A stretch of DNA of 64,000 nucleotides from positions 21,142,001 to 21,206,000 of the forward strand of contig OX597834.1 in assembly GCA_951406725.2 (NCBI GenBank), written 5' to 3'. Source of the stretch: Octopus vulgaris (Eukaryota). Below, in pieces: positions 13,688 to 26,589 of this stretch. The translations under genes were made by a program, and so were the position numbers. Positions within the stretch are counted from its first letter, which is position 1; every line of letters begins with the position of its first letter. The notes below the pieces were generated by a model. That model searched no databases, was not told the DNA's origin, and worked only from the letters and a program-made list of their open reading frames with translations.

Positions 13688-14760
13688 GGAATGTAGTCTG
13701 AACCATTTAAATTGCTTTACAAAATAAAGCAGCACCAACAAGAGAAACCATTACATGGTCAGTTGACCTGCTGAAGATAACAGCCAATTATACCTCCCAT
13801 GCCATACATCCTACCATCATAAAGAATATATATATATAAAAAAAATAAATAAGATAGAGAAAATTAGAAAAGTACAGACTACATTGGATAATGCAGTCCT
13901 AGATACACTGATTCTGAATATCAGGTGGGATGTTCATGGCTGGAATATCTTTGATCCTAGAGGTTGTGGACCAAATTATTGTGTAAAATTGTTATTACAG
14001 AAGTTGCATGTATGCATAATACTTCCGCACACACATATGTGTAGCCCAGTATTACTTTCTCCATTCCTTAACTCATGCATATATATATGTATATATATGT
14101 ATATATGTACTTGTGTGTGGTGTGTGTATATACATATATATAAAATATATATAAAAGTGTTTCACGTGCCTCTATCTCTGACCTGGTTTCATGCCATGAA
14201 GCGGATGAGACATAAATATTATATCTCGTCCCTGGAGAGAACACCAGTCACTCTCAGGCAACATTCCCCAGTGTTCTGGTATTTATTCTGACAGACAGCT
14301 TGGTAAGTGTTGAAGCTAACAAGAGCAAGCGAGGTGTGTATGTATGTGTCTCTATGTGATCCGTTCAATATACTAGAAATAGTAGAAAAAATTTCCCTCA
14401 AATCCCACTCTACTGTCTTTAAAATGAAGGACGCATTGAAAAAAATTTAGTTATTGTTACTTAGCCCCATCCTTGATCATGCAGACCATCCTTGAAAATG
14501 CGAACCCATGATAGGAAGCATTACAACTCTGACCATTCCTCCATAACTGACTATATCATTTAAATTATCTTTTCTCTGAAGGAGATTTAGCTGCTATTTC
14601 CAATATGTAAAGTAACTGCATAGTGCTCCTAGTATCCAATCTTTGATAAATGCACTCCTAAGAAAAAGGAAAAAAGTTTGATGGATGGTCACGTCTAGAA
14701 CACTTTTGATCATAAACTTGTTGGATCGGGCACTGATGTTAAAGAACATCAATATAGAAC

Positions 14761-14809
14761 AGGCATATGGCGTAGTGGTTAAGAGCGTAGGCTACTAACC
14801 CTAAGATTC
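14761..14809 (+). mobile_element. Truncated tRNA-like head, same family as 26517-26589
   Basis: aggcatatggcgtagtggttaagagcgtaggctactaaccctaagattc, cut off by a TA/TATG microsatellite. Confidence 0.7.
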
Positions 14810-14984
14810 ATATGTATGTATGTATATATGTATGCATGTATATATATATATATGTATGTATATATATATGTATATATATATGTATGTATATATATATATA
14901 TGTATGTATATATGTATGTATATATATATGTGTATGTATATATATATATATGTATGTATATATGTATGTATGTATATATATATG

Positions 14985-15039
<55 letters not shown>

Positions 15040-15146
15040 ATATATATGTATGTATGTATGTATATATGTATGTATGTATATATGTATGTATGTATATATA
15101 TATATGTATGTATATATATATATATGTATGTACGTATATATATATG

Positions 15147-15199
<53 letters not shown>

Positions 15200-15375
15200 A
15201 TATGTATGTATGTATATATATATGTATGTATATATGTATGTATGTATATATATATGTATGTATATATATATATATGCATGTAATATATATATATATATAT
15301 ATATATATGCATGTAAATATATATATATATATGTATGTATATATATATGTATGTATATATATATATGCATGTATA
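14810..15375. repeat. Long (TA)n/(TATG)n microsatellite
   Basis: Seen directly. Confidence 0.97.
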
Positions 15376-16132
15376 GCAGAGTGAATGTGTGAGACAGAGG
15401 ATGTACGTAGGTGTAATTGATACAAGATTGATATTAAATATTTGCAAAACTAGAGAATTAAATGAGTAAATTGAAGGTGGGGTATCATCATTTGACGAGT
15501 AGGTTGGGTCGGGAGGAAGTTCAGTAGGTAGGTAGGTAGGTAGGTAGGTAGGTAGGTGAGTAGCTATGTAGTTGGATTGGTCTTTTTTTTTTTTTTTTTT
15601 TATCAGAGATGACTTAAGTATTTAAATAAGTGTGTCAGATTGCCAGAATTAAGCAGTAACATTTTGAAAGTAAAATTTGAAAGACTAACTCTCAGACTTG
15701 GTAAACAGGAAGTTTAAGAATCTTAAGTGTGCCAATATCACAGTGTAAAGTATATATAGGTGGCACCACGTGGCTGAAAATGGCAGAACAAAATAAACCT
15801 TGTTGTTGTTGTTGTTGTTGTTAAGTCCTTGGTCGGTCATCCCTGGTCAGACAGAGCTATGATCAAAGGTGTTCATTCCATGCATGACCATCACAATTTT
15901 TTTTCTTTGAAGCTTGGATTGTAACATCACCCAACTGATTGCACATCTCTCAGATTGTTGCTGTTTAGCCCTAGGTCAGACCTGATCAAACAGATCTATG
16001 ATTAAAGATATTCAATGCATGACCGTCTCATTTACTTTTCTATATACCACATGCTAGGATTGAACCCAAAGCGCTCAACTTGTAAAGTAAACTTCTTAAC
16101 CACACAGTAATGCCTATGCCAGCTAAAACAAT

Positions 16133-16185
<53 letters not shown>

Positions 16186-16186
<1 letters not shown>

Positions 16187-16395
16187 TCTTTCTACTATAG
16201 GCACAAGGCCTGAAATTTAGGGGGGAGGGGGTAAGTCAATTACATCAACCTCCCCAGTGTTTCACTGGTACTTAATTTATCAACCCCGAAAGGTTGAAAG
16301 GCAAAGTCAACCTTGGCGGAATTTGAACTCAGAATGTAGTGATGGGTGAAATACCACTAACCATTTCATCCAGCATGCTAACAATTCTGCTAACG
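16186..16395 (-). mobile_element. SINE family B copy (aggccttgtgcctatagtagaaag tail type)
   Basis: Homology to other B copies; 5' end replaced by a palindrome. Confidence 0.8.
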
Positions 16396-16446
16396 ATTAT
16401 TATTATATTAGGCAGCGAGCTGCCTAATATAATAATAATAATAATA

Positions 16447-16790
16447 ACCAACTACATAGTTCTGGGTTCAGTCCCGCTGTCTGGCACCTTGCACATGTGT
16501 CTTCTACTATAGCCAACCAAAGCTTTGTGAGTGGATTTGGTTGACGGAAACTGAAAGAAGCCCATCATATATATATACACTTATTTATATATATATGCAT
16601 GTATATGTTTGACAACTGATGTTTGTGTGCTAGAGTCCCCATAACTTAGCAGTTCATCAAAAGTAATCAATAGAACAAGTACTAGGCTTACAAAGAATAA
16701 GTCCTGGGATCAATTTGTTCAACTTATGGCAGTGCTCCAGTATGGCCACAGTCAAAATGACTGAAACAAATAAAAAGAGAAAAAGAATGA
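16447..16790 (+). mobile_element. SINE family A, decayed
   Basis: Homology to 24460-24863. Confidence 0.8.
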
Positions 16791-16854
16791 TAATAATATA
16801 AGCAATTCCATTTGACATTGTAGCCTAAAACACGCTACACATGAAAATGAAACT

Positions 16855-17109
16855 CAGTGGTTCCCAACCAAGGTTCATATGGCCTTTAGGGGTCCATATA
16901 AGATTTTATTGTTAAAATTTATTGGCAATAAATTGGTTATTCTTCTACAATGCACAAAATATTAAAACCAATTTCTTAAACCCTTCCTAATAATAGTTGA
17001 TTGTAAGAGTATAACAAGTTTTTTTTAAACACTAAATAGCTTTGGGGGTCAACCCAAATAAAACAAGAATAAAAGGGATCTGTAGACAAAAAATACTTGA
17101 GAAACACTG
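16855..17109. mobile_element. hAT (Charlie-like) MITE
   Basis: Imperfect terminal inverted repeats cagtggttcccaa / ttgagaaacactg; no clear TSD. Confidence 0.55.
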
Positions 17110-17453
17110 AAACTGGAATGTCTTTTGCTATAAATTTATTCATTGAAGATTGACCTAGGTTTAAGCAAAAACAGAAAAACAATCCAAGTAGAAATACTCC
17201 CAAAAAATCTAAATAAGTCTTGAACTTTTGTAGAGATTGAATTTGTATTTAATTTCTAACAGAATGGACCATGTGTGTTTGTCATCCCAAAACTAAACTA
17301 GGAAGGAAAACAAAACAAACAACAAAAATATACAATAAAATAAAATAAAATAAACCCCAGCAACAAGCAAACAGAGAAGCAGAATTATTATAACAAAAAT
17401 GAGTAACACATATACATACATATAGAAACATATGTATGCGTGTGCAAATGCGT

Positions 17454-17490
<37 letters not shown>

Positions 17491-17792
17491 TACGCATGCA
17501 CACACATATTTAGTTACTTTCCGGCTATGTAATAACACCTGTGCTTTTCTCCAGACTATTTGCTCCTTCCTCTTTTTCCTCTTCTCTGGACTTTTTCCTC
17601 TTCTAATGAAGAGCCATGACCAAAAGATCGTTTCTAGTTAGTTCTAATCTTATTCTTCCGTCTAGAACCTTCATTGAGTGTCAGCCTAATATATTCACTG
17701 CGTATCAACTAATTGACTTTTGTTGTTGTTTTTTCCTCTTTTCCATTTTTGATTTGTCTATATACATATATATATATATAAATGTGTGTGTT

Positions 17793-17826
<34 letters not shown>

Positions 17827-17930
17827 TACAATCCCTCACTTTACTGTAAAATGACACAAGATTGCTAATTAGATTTGTGGTGACTGACAACTGATATATG
17901 TTGTTGTGTAGATGGGGCCTGGAGGAGGAT

Positions 17931-17961
<31 letters not shown>

Positions 17962-17972
17962 CACAGACAGAC

Positions 17973-18003
<31 letters not shown>

Positions 18004-18296
18004 AAGGTAGAAAGGTGGGCATAAAAATATAAAAGAAAGAAAAGAAAATGTGTGATGTTTATGGTTATTTGAGAAGGAAAATTCCTTTCCAACCCCACCA
18101 CCCGCAACCCCTACGGGGTATCAGTGGTGTGGGTGAGGGACCCTGTCCTGTAGCCTACAGTTCAAAGGGCAGTTAAGTATCAGAGTTAGGGGATGAAGGC
18201 CTGTTTCTGTTGGTTATATGATGATGTTGTGAGCAAGAGAGTGAAGATAGATGGTAAAACTTCATGGTTTGACATTTCCAGAGAGAGAGAGAGAGA

Positions 18297-18375
18297 GAAA
18301 GAGAGAGATGGTAAGAGAGAGAGAGATGGTAAGAGAGAGAGAGATGGTAAGAGAGAGAGAGATGGTAAGAGAGAG
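18297..18375. repeat. 18-bp minisatellite (gagagagagatggtaaga) x4
   Basis: Seen directly. Confidence 0.9.
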
Positions 18376-18893
18376 AAGGAGGACTGATTTGAACCAGTCA
18401 CAGCTGGGTTCATGGGTTTGGATCACTGGAGTCACTAACTAGAATGTTGCTTGACTTGCCTGATGAGTGGAACCACTGGTGGTGGTGGTGGTGGTGGTGG
18501 CGTAGGAAGTTATGGGGGTGGGGAGATGGAGGCGGTGGGGGGTGGCAACATGGTGTCAGGTCAGCTACGAGAAAGGGACACTGATATGAACCTGTCAATG
18601 ACCAAGTAAATAAGGGGTTAAAAGTAAGGGCCACTGGTTGGGTGGATAGGTGGATAGGTGGGCTGGATGAGAGAGTAGGGTCCTTCCATGAAGGTGATGG
18701 TGTTGTGGGCAAGGTGTTGTTGAAATGAGTAAGAAAGTGAGGGGTTCCCCACCCCCTACTGCTCCTTTCGGTGTATCCATCTCTCTAACTTTCCCCTCCT
18801 TCTCATTCTCTGTCCCTTTCTCTGTGTGTGTGTATAGATAGATCTCATGTTTGTGTATTATATACATATTAATACAAACACACATCAATATAG

Positions 18894-18930
<37 letters not shown>

Positions 18931-19048
18931 TGGTGTGTTTACGTCCCTGTAACTTAGCGGTTCGGCAAAAGAGACTGATAGAATAAGTACTAGGCTTACA
19001 AAGAATAAACAAATGGCTGAAACAAATAAAAGAATAAGAATGTGTGTA

Positions 19049-19099
<51 letters not shown>

Positions 19100-19695
19100 A
19101 TATGCATATATAGTTGCATGTGTATATATGTATATGTAGGTGTATGCATTTATGTGTATTTTAAATATGTGTTTGTGTATATATATATACATATGCACAC
19201 AGGTAATATATATATGGATGTACTTGCGTTTGAAGAAGATTACTTCAAAATATGCCATCTTACACAACTGCGATATTTAGCAGTTTAATTTCTCTCCGAA
19301 ATAAAATTCCAGGCTGTAAAAGAGTTGAAAAGAAACTCTGCCTGTTTCTTCAACAGTTCAGCTCTTTGTAGTTGTGTTAGGGAGTTCCAAAAACCATTCC
19401 TCCTTTTGTCTTGGAATCGTTCGGTGTGTTTAATGGTTTCAATTGAAGAGATTGTGTTTATGTTGCGTTTTAAGAAAAGGCAGAGTGAATGCCGTGAATA
19501 GATTCTCTAAATATTATCAGGGAAAAGTGCCGTAAAGAGAATGGAATGGTGTGTATGTGTGTGTGTAAGAGAGGTGGTAGATCTGTGTCTATGTAGTGTA
19601 TGTATGTGTAACGCCATGTATGCATCTATCTATATGAGTGTATGTGTTTGTAGACTCAGGTATGCTTATGTATCTTCATATATATATATATACAC

Positions 19696-19728
<33 letters not shown>

Positions 19729-20004
19729 TACATACATATGTATATATATCTTTATACGTATTTTATTTGTATTTTATATATGTATATATATGCATATGTG
19801 CCACTTTTGAGAGCATATGTGCTAGATTTCAAGACAATGGTTGTTTTCAAAATATATTATATATATACAAATAACACACACACACACACACACACGCAAT
19901 ATAATATGCACATGCTTATGTTTATTACACACACATGTATGTGTGTATATTTGTTTGAATATATGCATATGTATTTATATGTCTATAAATATGTAAATGT
20001 TATG

Positions 20005-20060
<56 letters not shown>

Positions 20061-20787
20061 CACACACACACACATACATATAAATATATATATATATAAA
20101 TATATATATATATGGATATATGGATGTATGTATTTGTGTATATGTGTATGTATATACGTGCATGTGTGTGTGTGTGTATCTCTGTATGCAAGTGTATGTG
20201 TCCTATGTTCTATTGATTGGTGCTGCTCTCTGCTGTGGTTCATCAACAACAGGTCAGGAAGTAATATAAGTGATTCAAGTACGACTTAAGACAGAGATGA
20301 ACTGTTTGAAGTGAAAGTGCGATTTATAGAAATCACAGTTTAATTGTAGAAACTGATACAACCACATCAGCAGAACAGTCAGGAACAATAGCACAGTTGA
20401 GGACGAGTCAATATAGGAGCCTAGATGCAGTCATGTAACTTGTTAGAAATAGCAGCTAAGCCTTCATTGTATTACATGGTATCATCGTTAGCACAAAAGT
20501 GACAGACAATTGGATAATGTAGTTCGAGTTAAACTTTACTGGAATATGCAGGAGTGTATGTATATATATATATATAGTCAACCTCTGTGGAATTTGAACT
20601 CAGAATGTAGTGGTAGACGAAATACCACTAAGCATTTCACCCTGCGTGCTAACGATTCTACCAGCTCACCTTATATATATATATCTATATAAGTCAGGAC
20701 GCCATGATAGATCGTTAGCTCCTACACGCATTTTTTTCTCTCCTTTTTTTTCTTTCCTTTTTTCTCTCCTTGTTTTTTTTCTGTGTA

Positions 20788-20825
20788 TCTTTCTGTCGAA
20801 GAGCGTAGGCTCGAAACGTAAAAGA
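20788..20825 (+). ncRNA. Variant minimal hammerhead motif (CUGUCGA core) in a short TA-flanked element (~20690-20920)
   Basis: tcttt CTGTCGA A GAGC gtag GCTC GAAA CG TA aaaga; 5-bp stem I, 4-bp stem II. Confidence 0.7.
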
Positions 20826-21006
20826 CTTTTTCTATTTCTATTCCTGAGCGCCATACTAATACATTTGTTTGTTTGTACTTCACCTGCCTTTGTCTTTTTT
20901 TTATTTTCGTAAACTTACCCTTTATATATATATAGGTGGGGGTTGGCGTCAGGAAGGGCATCCGGCTGTAGAAACTTGCCACACGCATAGCGCTGCGTAT
21001 ATGTGC

Positions 21007-21037
<31 letters not shown>

Positions 21038-21888
21038 CATTACACACACACATATATATATAATATGCATTATATATTATATATATATATTGAACCCAGG
21101 ATGTTGTAGATATGAAGTGTGCCTCTTACCCAAATGGCACATTGTGCCTACACACACTGCATGTGCACACACGCACATATCCATATGCATAATGGTCACA
21201 GCTGAAATACTTTTTATCATACATCAACTGGATATGGGCCAAACAACAACACCAATACAAACACCTCTTTCTGGTCGAGATAGCTTTGGAGATTAAACCC
21301 AACCAAGTAGCTGTCCTTTTGATTCTGCTATACGAGGAGGGGGCCAGATTTATTGAAGAGCATCTTGGGAATTTGAAGATTCTGTGAACCCTTATGTTAG
21401 ATAAACATCCTTGCATTTCCCTTCTTTTCTTTTAACCTTCCCACCCCACCTCTTTTCTGTTATTTATATTGGGAGCTAGGTTGAATGAACCTGTTCTTGG
21501 AGTAGGTATTCCTCTATTTTCACAGCTGACTTGTTCATTAACTCTTTTAATTACCATCTATAAAATCAGGAAGTGAAGTGAGGCCTTTATTTTTATTTAT
21601 CATTTTTTTTTCTTAATTCTAATAGGATCCTTATAGAACAGGGGCATCAAATTCTGTTTGGTTTTGCAGGGCCAGATTGAAGCATAAACTAGGGTTTACA
21701 AGCCTGATATGTACGACTATTGTTAAAAATTCCATTCATAATGCAGTTGCAAGGAAATGGATCAAGGGGTCAGTAGGTATATATCATAATGAATGTGTTT
21801 ATATCAAAGGAAAGAATGTGGGATGTTACCAAAGTTTGCATGCAGAATTGCATGAGAAAAACTCATAAGATGTGTGTATGTATATATA

Positions 21889-21925
<37 letters not shown>

Positions 21926-21992
21926 CCTCGTGTGTACCATTGGCGATTTTTTTTCCTCTGTCTTCCCTTCTCTGGGTCTTTCCTTCTCCTAT

Positions 21993-22027
21993 GTTTCCAA
22001 CGAAGAGCTCTGCTCCAAATGTTAAAC
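21993..22027 (+). ncRNA. Degenerate hammerhead motif in a short element (~21923-22130)
   Basis: gttt CCAACGA A GAGC tct GCTC cAAA tG TT aaac; same layout as 20788 with core mutations. Confidence 0.45.
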
Positions 22028-22203
22028 CCTCCTTCTTTCCTTCTTTCCTGAGCGTCCAATAATACTATATTTGTTCCACGTCCTCGCGTTGTTGTGTTTT
22101 CTCTTTGTGTTTTCTTGTTTGGATTAACTATTTGAACTCAGAATGTAAAGACAGATGATGAAGCATTTCACCCAGCATGCTAACATTTCTGCCAGCTCGC
22201 TAC

Positions 22204-22252
<49 letters not shown>

Positions 22253-22426
22253 CACACATCCTAGTAAAGAAATATATATTTATATATATATATATATATA
22301 CATACACACATCCTAATAAAGAAATATATATTTATATATATATAAATATATATATATATATCGGACGTTAAACGATGATGATGATGATGATGATCTCCTT
22401 TTTTCTCTCCTTGTTTTTTCTGTGTC

Positions 22427-22465
22427 CCTTTCTGTCAAAGAGCATAGGCTCGAAACGTGGAAGAC
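22427..22465 (+). ncRNA. Second copy of the CUGUC-core hammerhead family (decayed)
   Basis: ccttt CTGTCAA A GAGC atag GCTC GAAA CG TG gaag; element ~22394-22556 homologous to 20750-20920. Confidence 0.55.
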
Positions 22466-22751
22466 TTTTTCTATTCCTGAGCATTATACTAATACATCTG
22501 TTTGTTTTGTACACCACCTGTCTTCGTCTTTTGTTTTTTTTTTGTAAACTCTCCCTATATATATATATATAATGGAGAAATTGTATCAAATGTATAAATG
22601 GATGATGAGTAAAGCACTGGCACAGTTTCGATTACCTGTTGTTATCAGTAGATTTATTGCAGGCACTTCGTAGTGGTGGTTGGGGTAACAGTATTAATAA
22701 AATAGGTACCTAAGCCAATTCAAGAAATCTCTAGTGAGAGTTTTTATTGAT

Positions 22752-22793
22752 GTACCTGAAGAGACCCAGAATGGGTTGAAACATGTGTTGTAC
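22752..22793 (+). ncRNA. Minimal type-I hammerhead ribozyme
   Basis: gtac CTGAAGA GACCC agaat GGGTT GAAA CATGTG TT gtac; element ~22572-22840 lies between (TA)n tracts. Confidence 0.8.
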
Positions 22794-22852
22794 CTAATAA
22801 GGTCTGTTGCACATTTCATCTCCTATTTTATTAATATTGTTATATATATATA

Positions 22853-23057
22853 CTTTTCTACTCTAGGCACAAGGCCTGAAATTTTGGGGGAGGGGGCCAG
22901 TCAATTAGATTGACCCCAATACGCAGCTGGTACTTAATTTATTGACCCTGAAAGGATGAAAGGCAAAGTTGACCTTGGCAGAATTTGAACTCAGAATGTA
23001 AGACATGAAATACTGCTAAGCATTTCACCCAGCATGCTAACATTTCTGCCAGCTCGC
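22853..23057 (-). mobile_element. SINE family B copy
   Basis: Homology to other B copies. Confidence 0.8.
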
Positions 23058-23189
23058 TACATTTATATATATATATATGTAGTTGAAATTTTCAGAAAAA
23101 CAAGAGATGAAGACAGGTGTATAAACAACAAGCAGGTGTATTTGTTTGATACTCGGGAAGGTGAGAAAGTATTTTGTGTTTATTCAGCA

Positions 23190-23810
23190 AGGGTGCTCTT
23201 TACATGGCACCAGCACTTACAAATTCACAAGATTAGGGATGCTCAGCTGGGGAGGGTTGCAGGGGAGAAGCCCATATACAAGGGCAGCCATGCTTCTACT
23301 TAGATTCATGCATCTTTTCAAGCATAGCAAACCACCAGGATTCTTGGTGCCCTGTCAACCCCTCTGTGAGGCCCAACGTCTGTAGATCCTTTTTCATAAT
23401 TTTGTCCCACGTCTTCCTGGGTCTACCCCTTCCACATGTTCCCTCTACAATTAGAGATCAGCACATCTTGATGCAACTGTCTTCATTCATATGCATTACA
23501 TGGCCATACCTATTTCTTTATTACCCACAAGGGGCTAAACATAGAGGGGACAAACAAGGACAGACATAGGTATTATGTTGATTACATCAACCCCGGTGCG
23601 TAACTGGTACTTAATTTATCGTCCCCGAAAGGATGAAAAGCAAAGTCGACCTTGGCGGAATTTGAACTCACAATGTAACGGCAGACGAAATACCACAAAG
23701 CATTTCACCCGGCGTGCCAACGCTTCTGCTAGCTCGCCGCCTTATTGGTTAATGATTACCAGCGCAGTCTCCTCTCTTGGACACCACACCTGATGCTACG
23801 TACAACCGGT
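23190..23810 (-). pseudogene. RTE-clade LINE ORF C-terminus plus start of 3' UTR, interrupted by a SINE B
   Basis: Minus-strand translation ERRLRW|YGHVMHMNED..VEGTCGRGRPRKTWDKIMKKDLQTLGL..W..AMLEK, with an internal stop. Confidence 0.85.
23511..23741 (-). mobile_element. SINE family B inserted in the RTE fragment
   Basis: Full copy with Tx1-like tail; splits the LRWYGH motif. Confidence 0.85.
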
Positions 23811-24459
23811 TGGTCACAGTCTTTGTTATCTGGAGAAATGTGAGAAAAACCTCTTACATGGTTTCTGAACTCTCTGGGAAAACACAAGACTTCCGTTCAG
23901 AGTGCCACCTTTACTCTGAGTCATCAAAGAGCTAGTTACTCATTCAGATCAATGAGTTTTAAACTAGCAAAACAATTTATTAAGCTAAAAAAAAAAAAAA
24001 AAAAATTAATACATTTTAAGTATTTGTGCCTATTAGTGAAAAATACTCTCTGACAAATGTTGGTTGGCACCAGTGGTTACCAATTATTTTATTTTTTAGT
24101 TTTTGGGTAACGATTATGGAAGACAAAGTGTGTTTATTTTGTTTTTATTTATTTTTTAATCATTAACCAATTTAGTCATAAGTAATTAAGCTGACTGGAA
24201 CTGTAAACCTCCAAACACTTGTAGTTCTTTAAATAACCACTCACAGTCAAGGACTGGACAGAGAAAGAGACACAAGTCTGCTATTTAATGAGATTTAGTA
24301 AAAACTCCTTCGTTAATTATAATTAGCAAAATATGATATAAATTCATAGATGGCAAAGGAATGCTGCAGCTGGCCACATCACAAATTGTATGTCCAGTCT
24401 AATGGTCAGAAACCTGATGGTTCATTGATGTTGCATTTACCTATTAAATAAACTTCACT

Positions 24460-24863
24460 AGGCGCAGGAGTGGCTGTGTGGTAAGTAGCTTGCTTACCAA
24501 CCACATGGTTCTGGGTTCAGTCCCACTGCATGGCATCTTGGGCAAGTGTCTTCTACTATAGCCTCAGGCTGACCAAAGCCTTGTGAGTGGATTTGGTAGA
24601 TGGAAACTCAAAGAAGCCTGTCGTATATATGTATATATATATATATATGTATGTGTGTGTATATGTTTATGTGTCTGTGTTTGTCCCTCTAGCATTGCTT
24701 GACAATGCTGGTGTGTTTATGTCCCCGTCACTTAGCGGTTCGGCAAAAGAGACCGATAGAATAAGGACTGGGCTTACAAAGAATAAGTCCCAATTAAAGG
24801 CGGTGCTCCAGCATGGCCGCAGTCAAATGACTGAAACAAGTAAAAGAGTAAAGAGTAAAGAGA
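24460..24863 (+). mobile_element. SINE family A, near full length
   Basis: Head aggcgcaggagtggctgtgtggtaag; tail (aagagta)n. Confidence 0.9.
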
Positions 24864-24939
24864 ATGTTTTGGGTGTGGGTGTGTGGGTGCATGGGAGAGA
24901 GAGAGAGAGAGGAAGATATGAAAGACAGTATTGAAGAGC

Positions 24940-25240
24940 AATCTCAAAATGATGAGCCTCACGAAGGAGATGACAGAGGAACGAAATATTTGATACATTG
25001 CTGTACTCAAGACATGCCCACCACAATAGAATTGAGATCCTAAAACCAAGGTGACATGTAAAAATGCAATGGTGTGGGTGCTAGTGCCACATATAAAGCA
25101 CTGGTGATGGTATCAATAAAAAGGACCCAGTGCACTTTATAAAGCTGTTGGCATAAGGAAGAGCATCCAATTATAGAAGCCAAGCCAAAACCGACAATGG
25201 AACCTGGTGCAGCCCCTGAGGCTAACCCACCTGAGACCAC
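24940..25240 (+). mobile_element. Decayed RTE LINE 3' fragment
   Basis: NLKMMSLTKEMTEERNI*YIAVLK followed by family C UTR motifs (gttggcataaggaagagcatcc). Confidence 0.65.
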
Positions 25241-25544
25241 CTCTGGTTCTATGATACAGATATCATGTTTTTAAGCGATCTAAATTAAATCCTTTATTTA
25301 TGTTCTGACCATCACATTAATAATGACAAAATTATTTTTCCAAATTCTTTCCTACTGGTTAACCCAACGAAAGCTACAGTAAAAGACAATTGTTTACAGA
25401 AACTGCACAGCGAGATGAATTGAACCTTGGACCCTAAGATTATGAAGCGAACATCTTAACCATGAGGGCCAACCGTTTGTTGATATTCAAACAAGTTAAC
25501 GTGAGTGCTGTGGTTGCCCCATCTCTTATCATTTCTTGTCGAAT

Positions 25545-25890
25545 TGTTTTGGTCATTGGATTGTGGCCACGCTGGAGCACCGCTTAAAATTGTTTCAGTT
25601 GGACAGATCAAACCCATTGCTTATGTTACATCTGGTACTTATTCTATCGGTCTCTTTTGCTGAACTGCTAGGTTACTGGTGGAGCACAAAACAATACCAG
25701 TGGTCAAGTAGTGGTGAGAACACAAGAACAAACATGTATATATACAACAAGCTTCCACACAATTTCCATCAGCCAAATTCACTCAGAAAGCATCAGTTGG
25801 CCTGGGGCTACAGCAGAAGACATCTGCATACAGTGGGATTGAACTTAAAACCAGATTGCAAAGTGAGCTTCTTAACCACAAAACCATGCA
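25545..25890 (-). mobile_element. SINE family A, older decayed copy
   Basis: Recognisable homology along its length. Confidence 0.7.
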
Positions 25891-26403
25891 GCAGTAATTT
25901 TCGGTTGAAATATAAATCACTTTTGCTACTACTGGAAAAGAAGTAACACCATTTATCACTAACAGAGTATGTTACTAGTATTACCATCTATACATAATTT
26001 ATCTTAGTCCACCAAATCAGCAAAATACTCTTTAAGCTTATGAAGAATTTCTGCTTCATATTACGTCTTTAGTATCGTCTTACAGCTCAGACAACTACCA
26101 TAATACTGGAACATACTAATTTCAGTTAAGTAGGCGCTCACACATTTCATTATTAATACTTATTCTATACATTAAATAGGCTTTCACCTACTTAAATACC
26201 TAATTATTATGCAGATGCCATCTCAGAATAATTTTGTCTAATTTGCTCTTTCTCTTATTCTTGGCTGACAAATATACATTTTAGTAGGGTTACTTTACAC
26301 TTTGATCAACAATATTTTTTACTCAAGTACCAAATAAGTTCCTAGTTTATTAATTACATTACTTACATTTGATGAATATTTGTCCTCAACTTGTTTGTTA
26401 TTA

Positions 26404-26447
26404 ACACAACGTTTCGGTTGATGTACCCTCCAGCCTTCATCAGGTGT
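26404..26447 (-). ncRNA. Minimal hammerhead ribozyme of the Penelope-like element
   Basis: acac CTGATGA A GGCTG gagggtacat CAACC GAAA CG TT gtgt (one stem II mismatch). Confidence 0.8.
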
Positions 26448-26516
26448 CTTGGGGAAAATTCGAACCTGGGTTCTCATTCCCAAGGTATTTTTCGATGTTA
26501 TCATTCTTATTATTCA

Positions 26517-26589
26517 GGTCACTGCCTGGAATCAAACTCAGAATCTTGGGGTTAGTAGCCCACACTCTTAACCACTATGCCATATGCCT
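26517..26589 (-). other. tRNA-like sequence (pseudo-tRNA, apparent anticodon ACT) with Pol III A/B boxes
   Basis: aggcatatggcatagtggttaagagtgtggg-ctACTaa-cccc..gagtttgattcc..gtgacct; acceptor stem pairs poorly. Confidence 0.65.

Noticed and set aside
14779-15447. Long ORFs in all six frames; likewise at 5574, 34795, 44461, 60100 and elsewhere
   Set aside because: Translations of TA/TG/TATG/TATC microsatellites, which lack stop codons
18461-18480. CTGATGA GTGG aa CCAC
   Set aside because: No GAAA follows, so it is not a hammerhead
21193-21387. Stop-free frame with protein-like composition (INWIWAKQ..EEHLGNLKIL)
   Set aside because: No start, no clear splice sites and no recognisable family
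26517-26589. Functional tRNA-Ser(ACT) gene; likewise SINE heads at 24460, 28947 and 46205
   Set aside because: Broken acceptor stems and embedded in repeats, so these are tRNA-derived heads
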